A stretch of 64,000 nt of DNA from Eledone cirrhosa. Lineage: Eukaryota. The number at the start of each line of letters is the position of its first letter. Position 1 is the first letter of the stretch. Positions 41,998 through 55,063 of this stretch are shown piece after piece. Below the pieces are notes generated by a model that saw only the letters and a program-made list of their open reading frames with translations, searched no databases and was not told the DNA's origin. The position numbers and the translations under genes were made by a program. The DNA lies in the NCBI GenBank assembly GCA_964016885.1, contig OZ024755.1, positions 21,638,001 to 21,702,000 of the forward strand, read 5' to 3'.

Positions 41998-44399
41998 TAT
42001 TTTTAAAAGATATCATTAATATTTAAATGTGCTGATTAAGATCTTCTAAGACGTTAATTTAAATTTTGAAATGGCAAATAAAATATCATTGTACGACTGC
42101 AATAAAAGCCAATTTGAGATTCACAGAAAAAATAAATCCTCTCGGAAACAGTATTCATTCCAGATAGAATATTCAGAGAGCTTGGGACTATATTTTGATA
42201 TGAAGGAAAATATAATTCTCTGAATAGACTAAATTTTACTGTTGGTACTCTTCACAATGGAAATTATCCTCCAAAGGATTTTACTATTGGACTACTGTGA
42301 TTTTAACAGCAAAATCAAGTAGTATGAGAATTCATGTCTTCATTCACAACAGAAACATTCACTTTCTGTCAGAATTGATCCAGATTAGTATAGATTGATA
42401 GATCTGTACAGTGTACTTAGACAAATCTTGTCATCTTAAACATGTTTTTAAAATAGTGATTATTTTTCTTTTTACCTCAACTTTTGATTCTTTCTTTCAA
42501 CAGTTCACATCACTTTCTTTCACACACACACACCATTCCTACCATACATAATAAGTTCCTACTAGCAGACCCATTTTGTATAGTATTGTATACACTAAAT
42601 AGAAATTGGTCGATAGCTTCTGCTATCTAGATGACCTAATTAGCAGTGGAGGAGAGTTCTCCAGAAGTGTAGTAGTTAGAATAAGAGTACAATGGAAGAA
42701 ATTTAGCTTTGCTTTTCAACCTTATGGGGTCAATAAAATAAAGCACCAATAATGTACTAGGGTAATTGTTGGCCTTGCACCTAAAGTAGAAACAATTATT
42801 AGTTGACACCCACCCACCTCCAATTGTTGGTTTTTGTACCTATATTAGAAACAATTATATTATTGTAAAGATAAACCCTATTTTAATTATAATTAAAGCT
42901 AACCTCGGCGGAATTTGAACTTAGAACGTAAAGGACCATAACTCTATGCTGCAAAGCATGGTGTCTAAGGTTCTATGCACAAAGCCAACAATTTTTTAGG
43001 GGAAGGTAAAAAAAGTCGATTAAATCAACCCACGGTGAATTACTGGTGCTTTGTTTTATCGACTCCCAACCATGTTGCCTCAAACATTCCCGATGACCCT
43101 TGTAGTGATGGGGGTTTTTTTTCGCTTTGATTGTAAATCTTTGTGTATTATATTTATAAGGTTCTTATATATTTGTTATATGATAATAAAAATTTGATAT
43201 AATAAGCAAAAAAACAGTTGATTGTCAACGGATTGTCACCTGTTGAACAAAGTTAATAAAAAATAAAATAACTCTTTAGTCAATTTTGATCTTCCATAGT
43301 TCTTATCAAACAATCGTTATCACTTGACAATTATTTACACCAATTTGACAGCCTCTCTTATTAAGGTATTCCTTCAATTCCTGTAAGTTATGTTCATAAA
43401 GGTTTTATAATATTTTTACTACAACGAACAGCTTCATTAAAAAAAAAAAAACAGATAGATGCATCATATAATATTACAGAAAAAAAACAATTAATGTTAA
43501 AATGTCAACTTTTTAATGTTGTTACGAATTCTACAAAAGTTGTTGTTTATCCAAGACGTTGTCGCCTTAAAAAAATATTTAAAAAAACGAGAAGAAACAC
43601 TGGTCTGAAAAGTTATACCAAATCTTTTCTATATATTTTCCTCACTAAATCTAGATATTTCTTTACAAATGACTGTCAACTATTTTCATCTATTGGTCAG
43701 TCAACTTCTTAACATTTCACTTCATTCTATTTTATCTTATTTAATTGTTACTTTGCTCATCTATTTAATTATGTAATGTTAATTTAATTTCGTTATTCTA
43801 AATATTATAATTTTATTCGTTACATTTTTTCCTTTTCTTTTTCACTACACCTCTTTATATTCTTTCGAATATAATGTTAAATTACTATTTTTATAGACAC
43901 GAAATCTTTTCCCACAGGTCTCCGATTATATATATATATGTATATGTATGTGTAGGCACGTGTCATAGTGGTAAGGGTGTGGGACTTACGATCATAATGG
44001 GTAGCGTGTTGTTTTCTTGAGCAAAACACTTCATTTCACGTTGCTCCAGTATACTCAGCTGAAAATGAGTACCAGCAATAGCTGGAGTTTTAACCCTGCA
44101 ATGGACTGGTGTCCTGTCTAGGAGGAGTCTTGTACTCTCAGTCGCTTCACGCCATGAAATCGAGATAAGCACCGGCCAAATGAGCCTTCTGGCTTAAGAC
44201 AAACTTTATATATATAATATATAATCCTATTGTTTATTCGCTCTATACAAACTACGAAGATTGGAGCTTAACGTTGGCTTATAACACACTAAGGAAGTAG
44301 GTGTGATATAATCCCCACCCCCTTAACAGAACCTAACTTTCAAATGTCTTGGTACCTATTCTATTAGCTATTCAACTTGAATTAAGGATGAGACACCTA

Positions 44400-44770
44400 C
44401 CTCTTACCCAAGGACAAAGGGTAAGGCCGTCTGGTCTCTTCCTATCACTTCTGGATAAGCCAGCCGGCTTCAAAACTGAGGGATTATCTACTCGAGCTAG
44501 GGCCTGTTTAAAGATCAGGTTTAGCTTGGTGTGGCAGGCAATTCAGGTGGCAGGGCAAATCATGTAAGCCTGTGGAACCAACTGGGTGGTTGCGGAACCA
44601 GATCTTGCATTTGGAACTGTTGACGTGAAGGCCCCCATAACTCATTTCCTCAATCATCATCATTGTGGTTGCAAGGACTTTGTCTGCAGGACCCCCACTG
44701 AACAAGCATCATCCACACATGTTATTGTGCATCTGGTACCACTTGTACACCAATTTATTTACACTTTGCA
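44400..44770 (-). mobile_element. Decayed CRE-like reverse transcriptase fragment
   Basis: CVDD followed after a frameshift by GGPADKVL...GGLHVNSSKCKIW, resembling YLDDGTLGG...GL.LN.SKCE. Confidence 0.55.
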
Positions 44771-45119
44771 GTTGATCATCTCAATTTTCATATGAGCTGG
44801 GACATAACAATTTATGAGATGTTGATGTGGGGTATGGTGCACGAGAGGTTGGGGACCACTGATCTAGTTGCTGCACTAGAAATATCCTATAGCTACAATA
44901 TAATCCCACTTTACATATTGTTGACTTGTATATGTTGCTGATATAGTTTGTTTAATTCTGTTTTGCAGATTGAGGCATTGGAAAGAATATAGTTACCCTG
45001 GAACTAAATAAAGCCAATTACATTGCAATGATTTCGAGGGTGAAAGACATTGATGATTTTCTTTGAAATTCACCTGGGATATCATATATATGAGAATTAT
45101 TTATTATAATTTCTAGGAA

Positions 45120-46346
45120 ATGTTTTCTTCACAAGACTGTGAGTCTTCAGAACCAGAGATACAATCTGACAAGAGATTATTTCCTTGTTCAACATGTGGC
45201 AAAAAATTCTTAAACAGAACTCATTTTAGTATACATCAAAGGACACATACAGGAGAAAAACCTTTCAGCTGTGAAAGTTGTGGTAAACAATTTTCCCAAA
45301 AATGTCATCTAATACAACATATACGAATTCATACAGGAGAGAGACCATATCATTGTGGTGCCTGTGAAAAGACATTTGTACAAAGTTCACATCTTAAAAA
45401 CCACTTTAAATCTCATTTAGGCGAATTCCCCTTTACATGTGAGATATGTGGTAAAGGGTTTTCAGAAAAGGAGGTTTTAAATGGACATATAGAAACACAT
45501 GAAAGAGAAAAATGGACTAAACAGAATATACTGACAAAGAATTCACTAAGTTCTCTTGTTAATATGGAATATATGATGTCCTGTCAAAAAGCAAATATTC
45601 CATGTTGTGAAGTTTGTGGAAAAGACTTTCCAACAGTTTCAAAGCTTAAAACTCATAAAAGATTTCATGTTAAAGAGAAAAGAGTCTCTTGTCAAATATG
45701 TGGGGGAAAATTTTTTAATGGATCTGATTTAAGTATTCATGTAAGAACACATACAGGAGAGAAACCATTTCATTGTGAGGTGTGTGGGAAAAATTTCTCA
45801 CAAAGCCCTCATCTTATACAACACATACGGATTCACACCGGTGAAAACCCTTTCCCCTGTGAGATATGTGGGAAAAACCTTTCTTCTAAATCACATTTAA
45901 AAATTCATAAGAGGTCACACACAGGAGAAAGACCATTTCATTGTCAAATATGTGGGGATTCTTTTTCATGTAGTTCTCATTTAAGTGCTCATATTAGGAT
46001 ACATACAGGAGAGAAACCCTTTAAATGTGATATATGCAAAAAATATTTTTCACAAAATTCCCATCTTACACAGCACAAGAGAATACATACTGGAGAAAAA
46101 CCATTTACCTGTAAAATGTGTGGTAAAAAATTTTCTTTAAAGTCTGGGTTGAAATTTCATCTGCAGAAACATTCATGTTCAAAGACACTTCATTGTGAAT
46201 TTTGTGAGAAAATATTTACAAATAATTTTCGTTTTTTACAACATAAAAGAACCCATACTAAAGAAAGACTTTTTCTCTGTGAAATATGTGGAAAGAAATT
46301 CTCTCAAAATTGTAATCTTAAATTACATATGAAAATACATTATTGA
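45120..46346 (+). CDS. C2H2 zinc-finger protein, 13 fingers in 4+9 arrangement (408 aa)
   Basis: Intact ORF with TGEKPF linkers; probable upstream acceptor ttttgcag|44969. Confidence 0.93.
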   Translation: MFSSQDCESSEPEIQSDKRLFPCSTCGKKFLNRTHFSIHQRTHTGEKPFSCESCGKQFSQKCHLIQHIRIHTGERPYHCGACEKTFVQSSHLKNHFKSHLGEFPFTCEICGKGFSEKEVLNGHIETHEREKWTKQNILTKNSLSSLVNMEYMMSCQKANIPCCEVCGKDFPTVSKLKTHKRFHVKEKRVSCQICGGKFFNGSDLSIHVRTHTGEKPFHCEVCGKNFSQSPHLIQHIRIHTGENPFPCEICGKNLSSKSHLKIHKRSHTGERPFHCQICGDSFSCSSHLSAHIRIHTGEKPFKCDICKKYFSQNSHLTQHKRIHTGEKPFTCKMCGKKFSLKSGLKFHLQKHSCSKTLHCEFCEKIFTNNFRFLQHKRTHTKERLFLCEICGKKFSQNCNLKLHMKIHY

Positions 46347-49340
46347 AAGAAAGTTTTTCCTTCTTTTTATTAAATATTTCCTCTTCAATATTATTTATTT
46401 TAGTTCTCAAATGGCAAGGTCTGTTTAACCTTTCTGCAGGATCAAGATGTTACACAGTATCCCTGCATGTCATGAGAAGCAACTAAAAGGGTCAGTGTGA
46501 GGAAGGGCATCCAGCTGTGAAACATTGCCTCAAGAAGTCCCATCCAACCCATCTCAGCATGGAGCAGTTGACATAAAAACGATGATGATCTAAGCCTACC
46601 AGATGTACTTACCTCTCATCATTTTCTTATGAGGGCAGTGGCTCTTTATTTAAATTGCTGTACATTACTTAAGAGTTGTACAATTACGAGGAAGTAATAT
46701 TAAAGTGCGCTTAGTAAAGGTCTGGAGATAAGACACAAAAATAGTTTCTGATTTAGGCATAGGGCCAACAATTTTGGCGGAGGGGAAAGTTGAGTAAATT
46801 GACTCCATTGTGTTACTGGTACTTTATTTTATCAGTGGTGTAAGAATGAAAGGTAAAGCTAACCTTGATAGGATTTGAACTCAGAACATAAAGGGTCATA
46901 ACTCTATGCCACAAAACATGTTTAACGCTCTAACGGTCCTACTAATCAACTGCCTTAATAATGATGACAAAATGAAAAAAGATAAGTACATATGGTGGGC
47001 TTAGATTATCATCATTGTTTTTATGTCAAATGTTCCATGCAGACATGGGCTGGACGGGAATTTTTAAGGCAATGTTTTACAGCTGGATGCCCTTCCTCAA
47101 ACTGACACTGACTCTTTTAGTTGCTTCTTATGACATGCAGGGATACGGTGTACCTGTTTTAACTGGAATCACACACATCATCATCATCGTTTAACGTCTA
47201 TCTTCCATGCTAGCATGGGTTAGACGGGAATTGTCCCACTTGAGACAAGATTGGTCGGGTGACCGTGTCTTGCTCGTATAGGACTGTCTGGCAGGTTTTC
47301 TACGGCTGGATGTCCTTCCTAACACCAACCACATTTACAGTGTGGACTGGGAGGTTTTTACCGTGTTACCTACACAGCCACATTACAGTGTGGACTGTGT
47401 TTTTTTGTTGTGACACCTACACGACCTCATTAGTTTGGACTGGATGTTGTGGTACCAACATAACTCTACAGAGAAAGGGTGGTGTTGGTGGGAGTGGGAG
47501 TAGGTGTAGTGGGTTGGGGTGTATATTTGGTTAAGAGGTGCCTACTGACTGCTTCGCTTTGTACTGCGTGGCACCAAAGATCTCGGTCCAGTGACATTGT
47601 CTTAGAGAGGTGCAAGTGTGTAAGGTCGGAATTTATCAAATCGTCACAGGTTTTTCTGGGTCTACCTACTCCGTAACTTCCATCAATTTTGATCACGCTG
47701 CACTTTTTTATACAGCTGTCGTCTTTCATGCGCATCACGTGACTTTACCTACATAGTCTTCTCTCAAGTAAACAGCATCTGATCCCTCTTATTCCTAATT
47801 TATCACACAGTATGTAGAAAATACGGTGAACCTGTTCTAAACTGGAATTACACAGTATATAGACAATATGGTGAACCTGTTCTCAACTGGAATCACATAG
47901 TATATAGATAATATGGTGTACCAGAATCACACAGTATGTAGATGATACAGTGAACCTGTTCTAAACTGGAATCACACACAGTATGTAGACAAAGACTGTT
48001 AAAGAAATTTCAGATGAGCAGAGATAATAGTAGAAGTAATAGACTTGGTATAGGTAGGTTCTAACTTGATTGAAGGCTAGGCGTTTCTCGGATGCAGTCT
48101 AGTATTTGAGGAAATGTAATGAATGCATTTGTTTCCATATAAGAGCAGTATACTTGGTACATATCTGTACCATGAAAAAAACATTTTTGTGTGTGTGTTT
48201 GTTTTTTTAAATGTATTTTGCAGCTGTAACCTTGGAATGCTGGGATCAACCTAGTGGAATGAGAAATCATCAAAGATGGTATATGTTGTATTCACTGAAG
48301 GGAAATACTGCTGAAAGAGTAGAACATAACAAAATTATAAAATTGTTGTCAAAGTTTACAAGCTGGAAAAGTATTCCAAATGAATTTTATAAGTTGTTAT
48401 CATTAAAATACTTTGATAGTTTTTAAAAATTATAATTTGTATAATTATTATCAAACTAATAAGAGGATTAATGGCACATTCACACAAATGCTGAAAAAAT
48501 TCAGAGCATCTCCTGAAAAACACATGTAGCATAGCAAATAAATCACTCTCAAGTACACACTCTTGCCTTTCTGACATTGTAAGGCATAGGAGGCTCACAC
48601 TAACCGGTCATGTAAAACGTTACAATAAACCTGCTGGCAGAATTCTTTTCTGGAAACCAGATGTATGCAGACACATTGGGAAATAGCAGTCAAATCTCCC
48701 TTAAACCACAATAAAACTGTCGCCCACCTACAATAGCTGTCATCTACGTGGTCACTTAACCAGTCAGTCTTTTAAAATAAAACGAAAGATGTATTAGGCA
48801 ATAAAGTCTTAGGTACAATGTGGTTAAAACTAATTCAAGATGGTCCAAAATAAAACATGTTTGTTCTGCTAGATCAAAGCTGACCATCAGCTAAACTATA
48901 ACAACCAAAACGTTTTCCGGGACAATTGTATAAAAATATACAGAAAAAGAAAGCAGTTTTGGAAAGGACTATAAATGCCATAAATGAAGGGAAAGGGAGG
49001 GGAAAAGCAAGGAAGAAAGAGGGGCGTGCAGGGAAACGTCTTCTCCATTCTGTCCACCAGGGCAAAGAAAAACTAAAATAATGAGGAAACATGAGAGCAA
49101 CCAAACCTCTCAGTAAAAACTTAACATAATTGTGTTTTGATCTTTGTTTGTATGGATGGAATCTCTTAAATACTAAAACGAAACACCGCTGTCTTTCCGA
49201 TTTTACGGAGGAAATCACTCATCAGATAAAATAAGATGATGCATGACATACCCTGATATAGTAGATGGTTAAGATCCAATCATGGTAGTTATGACTGGAT
49301 CTTAACCATCTACTATGTCAGGGTATGTTATGCATCATCT

Positions 49341-49407
49341 TATTTTATCTGATGAGGACGTACTGTTGAAGTTAGCTCAGTACCTCTGAAATATGTATTA
49401 TAAAATA
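49341..49407 (+). ncRNA. Type I hammerhead ribozyme (family HH-3)
   Basis: Stem I TATTTTAT/ATAAAATA, CTGATGA 49349-49355, stem II GGACGTACTG/CAGTACCTCT, GAAA 49388-49391, short stem III, predicted cleavage after T49399. Confidence 0.75.
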
Positions 49408-49738
49408 TACTTGATCACAATGAAGTTCTATTTTTGTTAATATTTTGAATGAATATATATATATATATATATATATGTCCATTAGTCTCTCTCGTTCTGT
49501 AAATATATATGTATAGTATAAACAAAGTTTCCTACAATTAACAGGTATGTGCGACCAAAACCCGAAAGATGACAGGTTTAAAAATGCCTCCTCCAATATA
49601 GAGTGGTGGCCATAACTGGACCCCGAAACCAATTGTCGCACATACATGATAAGTGTTTGAAACTTTGTTTATACTAAATAAGGTCTCTTGCATTGTTTTC
49701 CTTGATCTTTCATCTACGGATTTCTACACACACACACA

Positions 49739-49803
<65 letters not shown>

Positions 49804-50920
49804 TAAAATAACAGATTAAAGTTTAAGCAAAGAATCGCTGCTTTCACCCTTAACGGGATCTTCTGAAAGCAACGATTCTTTGCTTAAACTTTAATCTGTT
49901 ATTTTAATAAATATTTGCCCTACGGTTCTTATATATTTGATATATATTTATCCTTATCGAGCCCTCTTTGGATTTTAGTCTTCAAATTTATTATTATTAC
50001 TATATATATATTGATGTCTCCTTCGACGCGGGCGTATATGACGTAATACCTTATTGTTTTCAAAAAGTTTTTCGTAGGTGTCGTTGTTTGTTATAATTAT
50101 TCTACAGGTAAACAACGCCACTTTTTTTCTCAGATCATTTCATACAAATATTACTTTGAAAAAACATCTTGTATGAAATTACTTATATACAAGCAGTAGT
50201 TCAAACTCTATTAATAATTGTTTTAAACTCCTGGGCTGATCTTTTATCTTGGAAGATATTTCGTGTTTATCTTCAGCAGTATAAAAGAAAAAAAACTGCA
50301 TGAAATAACTTCAATTTTTAATTAAGTTTTCGATTTCTTCCGTTTTAGACCGGTTTTCTCAAGAAATATTCTCTCGTTATGAAGATCTGTATTTCATATA
50401 CTAAATCAACGTCAACATAGATGTGATGAAGTTAGACACATCTAAATAAGTCTGACCCTTAAATATCATCTATGTTGGTTGAAAGGGTGAAAGTCGGTGA
50501 AATCGAACTCTGTACAGTACTGGTACTTTATTTTATCGACCTCGTAAGGATAACAGGTAAAGCTAACCTCTGTAGAATTTGAACTTAGAAAGGGACATAA
50601 CTCTGCCTCACCGAATACATTTAGGTATCCACCACGTTAAGAGCGAAAACAAATAATACAAGAATTTTTTTTATTTTTTTTATTAAAGGATTAAAATAAT
50701 AAACAGGAAGAGAGCAAAATAAAAGGCGGCGGGTAAAGGAAATAATGAAAAAATAGGAAGGGGCAAGGCAGGAAATATTACACCCTTAGAAAAGTCATTT
50801 TCTAGCCATTAATAGAAAATAGGCAATAAAAAGAATATGATTGTATGGAGAAAAACAACCAAAAAAAAAGCACACATACATAGAAAAACTGACATACAAA
50901 CACATATTTGTACATTATTA

Positions 50921-51105
50921 TGGTGGATTGGCAGTATCGGTAGAGAGTCGGACGCCATACTTTTCAACATGGAATTACGGCCCTTTACGGTCTGAGAAAA
51001 ATCCTGTTGAGGTTAACTTTGCCTTTCACCTTTACGAGGTTGATAAAATAAAGTACCAGTAATGCACTGGGGTAATTGCTGGCCTTGTGGCAAAAGTAGA
51101 AATAA
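50921..51105 (+). mobile_element. Family A SINE; further copies 46740-46955(-), 53444-53628(-), 55221-55437(+), 58043-58230(-), 59858-59957(+)
   Basis: Same A-box, body and tail motifs. Confidence 0.85.
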
Positions 51106-54025
51106 TAATTATATTGATTATATGCCAGTATGTAAAAACTATGATTCACAGTCATACTTACTACCATATATATCACTCAAAATATCAATATGGAAGATAT
51201 GTAATTAATAGTCTGATAGTAAAATTTTATCTGTTAAAAAACTGCAGGTATTATCTCAACACATCATAAATAAACCTGGCGACCATACTGTAGAATCAGT
51301 GATGCCAGAAATAATTCTTATTCCTCACTAATTGCATCACCAAATTTAAGGAAATCATTTGACCAAAGTATTTAAACCTAACCTGGCTAGAAGAGGATAT
51401 TTTTAGACATATTGCTCTGCTTCCTACATGAGATGTATTCTTCAAAAAGGAACCAATGTATATGAAAGAAACAGAGACTGCTCCCCTTTCTTAAATACAA
51501 TTTTTTCTCTCCTATTTCACATTACTGCTTTACATCTGAATTAATGATGAGTAGGCCGGTGCACTTGTGATTAAAGTTGATTAATTTAACCTGGTTCAAT
51601 TTTTTATAACATTATATCATCATCACCATAATCATTTTACGCCAGCTTTTCCCTGCTTGCAAGGGTGGGACGGGTCCTATTCAGCACAGCATCTCTTCAT
51701 TCGTCACGGTCCTTTGTCATCTCCTCTGTGAGCTTCAGCCATCTGAGGTCAGCTCTCACCACCTCCATCCATGATTTCCGTGGTCTTCCTCTACTGCGTC
51801 TTCCTTCCACTGGGATTTCTTGGCACTTCTTTACCCAGCGGTCATCCTCCATGTGCATCACATGTCCATGCCAATGCAGTCTTCTCTCCCTCACACTACA
51901 GTTTATCTCTCTTATACACAGTTTCTCTCATAATTAATTAAAGTTGTTTTCTCTTTCATCATAGATGACATGGTTCTTTCTTATAGACTTCTTCAATTTT
52001 TCCCATGTCTTTCTTAGTCTCCTCTTTTTCACAGGTTCTATCTACTTTAAGGACTTGGTACTTTATACACCTGACATCTGCCATACATCACACGCCCATA
52101 CAAATGCAGTCTTCACTTTTGAACATACTACATGTCATTCCTCTTAGCCTATGCTTGCTTCATACACATCACATGCCCATACTAATGCAGGCTTCTCTTT
52201 TGCACACTACATTTGATTTCTCTTCTTATATTCAACTTTCTCTCAGCATTTTTTTTTTTCATTTCTTTCCAGACATTGCTAATCCTGCTCCTTCATAACC
52301 CATGCAGCATTGTAGTTTGTACACAAGCATCAGAGAAGCAACAGAGAGAGACCTTTTCTTGACAACAAAGGTAACAATTTCTTTAAGTTTTCCTGCCTCA
52401 TTCTCATAGATCACTTAGGTATCAAATGCTATCAACTACTTCTATTGAGATTTCCAAGCATATAAAATAATTTATTTTGCCTATATTCCTACTGCTAATT
52501 ACTTTTGTGCTTTTGTCATATATAAATGCTATCTTATCTGTCAACCTACAAATGTGATGAGATCACTACCCCTCTTATGTATCCATAGTTTACACTGGGT
52601 ACACTATGTGGAATTTCTGCCAATCAGGCAGGGTCATTTCCTAGATAGTACCAGAGATCTGTCTTTGTTCATTCTTACTAAAACTTTAGCCTTTGCTAAG
52701 GCCTTTCAATTCCAGATTTTGCTTCCATGTTTGGAAATTTTTCTCTAAATCTTCTGCAGATTCAGCCATAAGAACCATGTCATCTACATGCAGAAGAGTT
52801 CAGGGACAGTTGATCTTAAACTCCCAATGGACCCTTAACTGCATTCTAAATTCCTTCTATATATATATATATATATATTATGGAAGAGGTGTTAAATTTT
52901 CATTACATTTATTGCGGTGTGACATACAATTCGTGATTGATCAGTTCAAGGTTCGATCTGAATTGATTGGGCCCGACTCTGGAATAAAAGTTCATCAGAT
53001 TTTTGTTATGGTAATGAAAGAATGATTCCCTTACACCTTTAAGAAAAAAAAAAAAAAAAATTTTTTTATTCATCGCCTATATATATATGTATTATATATG
53101 TATATATATATATAGGCGATAAATAAAGGTATATATCAGACCCATTCATTACCAAATGGGAAAAAGCTCAATATATCAATCACTTATGGAAGAATAATGA
53201 GCATAATAATTTATATCAAGTGACAACTGAAGATGATATTTCAAGTCATTTTTGGTTGTCACTTAATTTAAATTATGTATATACATACAAACACATACAT
53301 ACATACATATACATACACACATATACATACACATACATACACACACACATACATACATACATAGACACATATACATACATACATACACACACACATACAT
53401 ATGAAGCGAAGCAATGGTTAGTAAGTGTTGTTAGAGGTGAAATAACTGTTTCTACTTTAGGCACAAGGCCAGCAATTACCCAGTGCATTACTGGTACTTT
53501 ATTTTATCGACCCCATAAGGATGAAAGGCAAAGTCAACCTCGGTGGGATTTGAACTCAGATCGTAAAGGGACGTAACTATGCTGGAAAGCATGGCATCCG
53601 ACCCTCTACCGATACTGCCAATGCACCGAAATAACATGACAAAATAAATGGTTTCATTTAAATATAAAATTTTCTTCACTTCAGTTAATAAAGGAACAAG
53701 AATGAGATTACTACAAATCATAAAAGTTGACAATGTTTTTGAGTAGGTGAGAGTCTGTAAGACCCGGAGAGAGTAATAGTCTGTAGACCCCAAGGCGTCT
53801 GTAGAAAGCAAATGTTTTACATCGTTAGTCTATCAGGAACTGCTCCGAACTGCCTTTTGCTTGGTCTGAGACAAGCTATTTACATCTGTCGCTTCCTCTG
53901 TCTCCTGCCTCGAGATATCGCCCACGCATCAACTTGTTTATGCCAAAAAGCAGGTAACCCAGAATTTGACCATTAAATGTTACCCAGGGGTCAAGGTGTG
54001 GACAGATTTTGCTACACATATACAT

Positions 54026-54056
<31 letters not shown>

Positions 54057-54136
54057 AAGCAATATATATATATATAAAGCACATATTAATATCTTTGTCT
54101 TTTGTTTATAGAGGAATAAATAATTACCAAACGAAA

Positions 54137-55063
54137 ATGTTACCCAATCCAGTATTGAAGGGAAAGATACAACGGAAATACCCAATCAATAACTTGAAAG
54201 ATTCCAAATATTGTTTGCCGTTAAAGAATAATGACTACATAACTCAAAGATCAAATTCTTTTACAATTCGAAATTATAATATTGGTGGAGTAACTCCTGT
54301 TGTTTATCCAAAGGTCGGTGCCAACAAAACAAGCATCAAACCAATAAAATTGAAAACCTTTACTGATACTGGTGGAGTGTTTCCTGCTATACCTGTGACT
54401 GTCACCAACACCAAAGGAACCACCAGGTCAGCAGAAGAGATTGTAGGCAATCACAAATTTCATAAAATCCAGTTTCAATCTCTACCCGAAATTGGAATCC
54501 GTTCTCCAACAAAATCTATAAGTCGCACATCTATACTGGAAAGAATTGAGGCAAATGAAAGGTTTCTAAAAAAACCAAAGAGAAGAGCAACCGGTATGAA
54601 TAAAAAAATTATAAAGCAAAATAATGTTCAAAAGAAACAAACACGTAATTGTTATTTACTCCCTGAGATGACAGAAGACATAGAACAAGAAGTTAAGAAA
54701 GTAGTCTTCAGTGAGCCTCCGAGCAATAAATTACATCCTAAATATTGTAGTGATAGTGACATACGCCAAATTGCAAATGACTTTTATAAATGGCTGAAAT
54801 CAATTGGCCCCCAAGAACCCATTACGACAGTGAATTCAGTGTTTAAACTTTTGTTAAGTAGTTTTGAGATAAAACCAGCATTGGCTATAAATCTAGAGAT
54901 AATCACTGAAAAGGAAGTGGCTGTTGACAATCGGAAATATTCTACTTTACAAAAAATGGTGATTGCTTTTGATAATGACATACCTTCTTACTTTCAATAT
55001 TATAATAAGACAAAGAAAACATTGGCGGATGAATTAAAGAGACTCTACATATCACAAGAGTAA
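54137..55063 (+). CDS. 308-aa single-exon basic protein with a FAM47-like C-terminal region
   Basis: 927-nt open frame in AT-rich DNA after acceptor tttatag|54112. IRQIANDFYKWLKSIG...VFKLLLSSFEIKPALAINLEI resembles the FAM47 motif (F..W...LG...I..LF...YE.KPAL) from memory. Confidence 0.65.
   Translation: MLPNPVLKGKIQRKYPINNLKDSKYCLPLKNNDYITQRSNSFTIRNYNIGGVTPVVYPKVGANKTSIKPIKLKTFTDTGGVFPAIPVTVTNTKGTTRSAEEIVGNHKFHKIQFQSLPEIGIRSPTKSISRTSILERIEANERFLKKPKRRATGMNKKIIKQNNVQKKQTRNCYLLPEMTEDIEQEVKKVVFSEPPSNKLHPKYCSDSDIRQIANDFYKWLKSIGPQEPITTVNSVFKLLLSSFEIKPALAINLEIITEKEVAVDNRKYSTLQKMVIAFDNDIPSYFQYYNKTKKTLADELKRLYISQE

Noticed and set aside
53966-54136. N-terminal extension of the 365-aa ORF
   Set aside because: It has a TTG start and crosses microsatellites and an intron-like acceptor; the real start is more likely ATG 54137.
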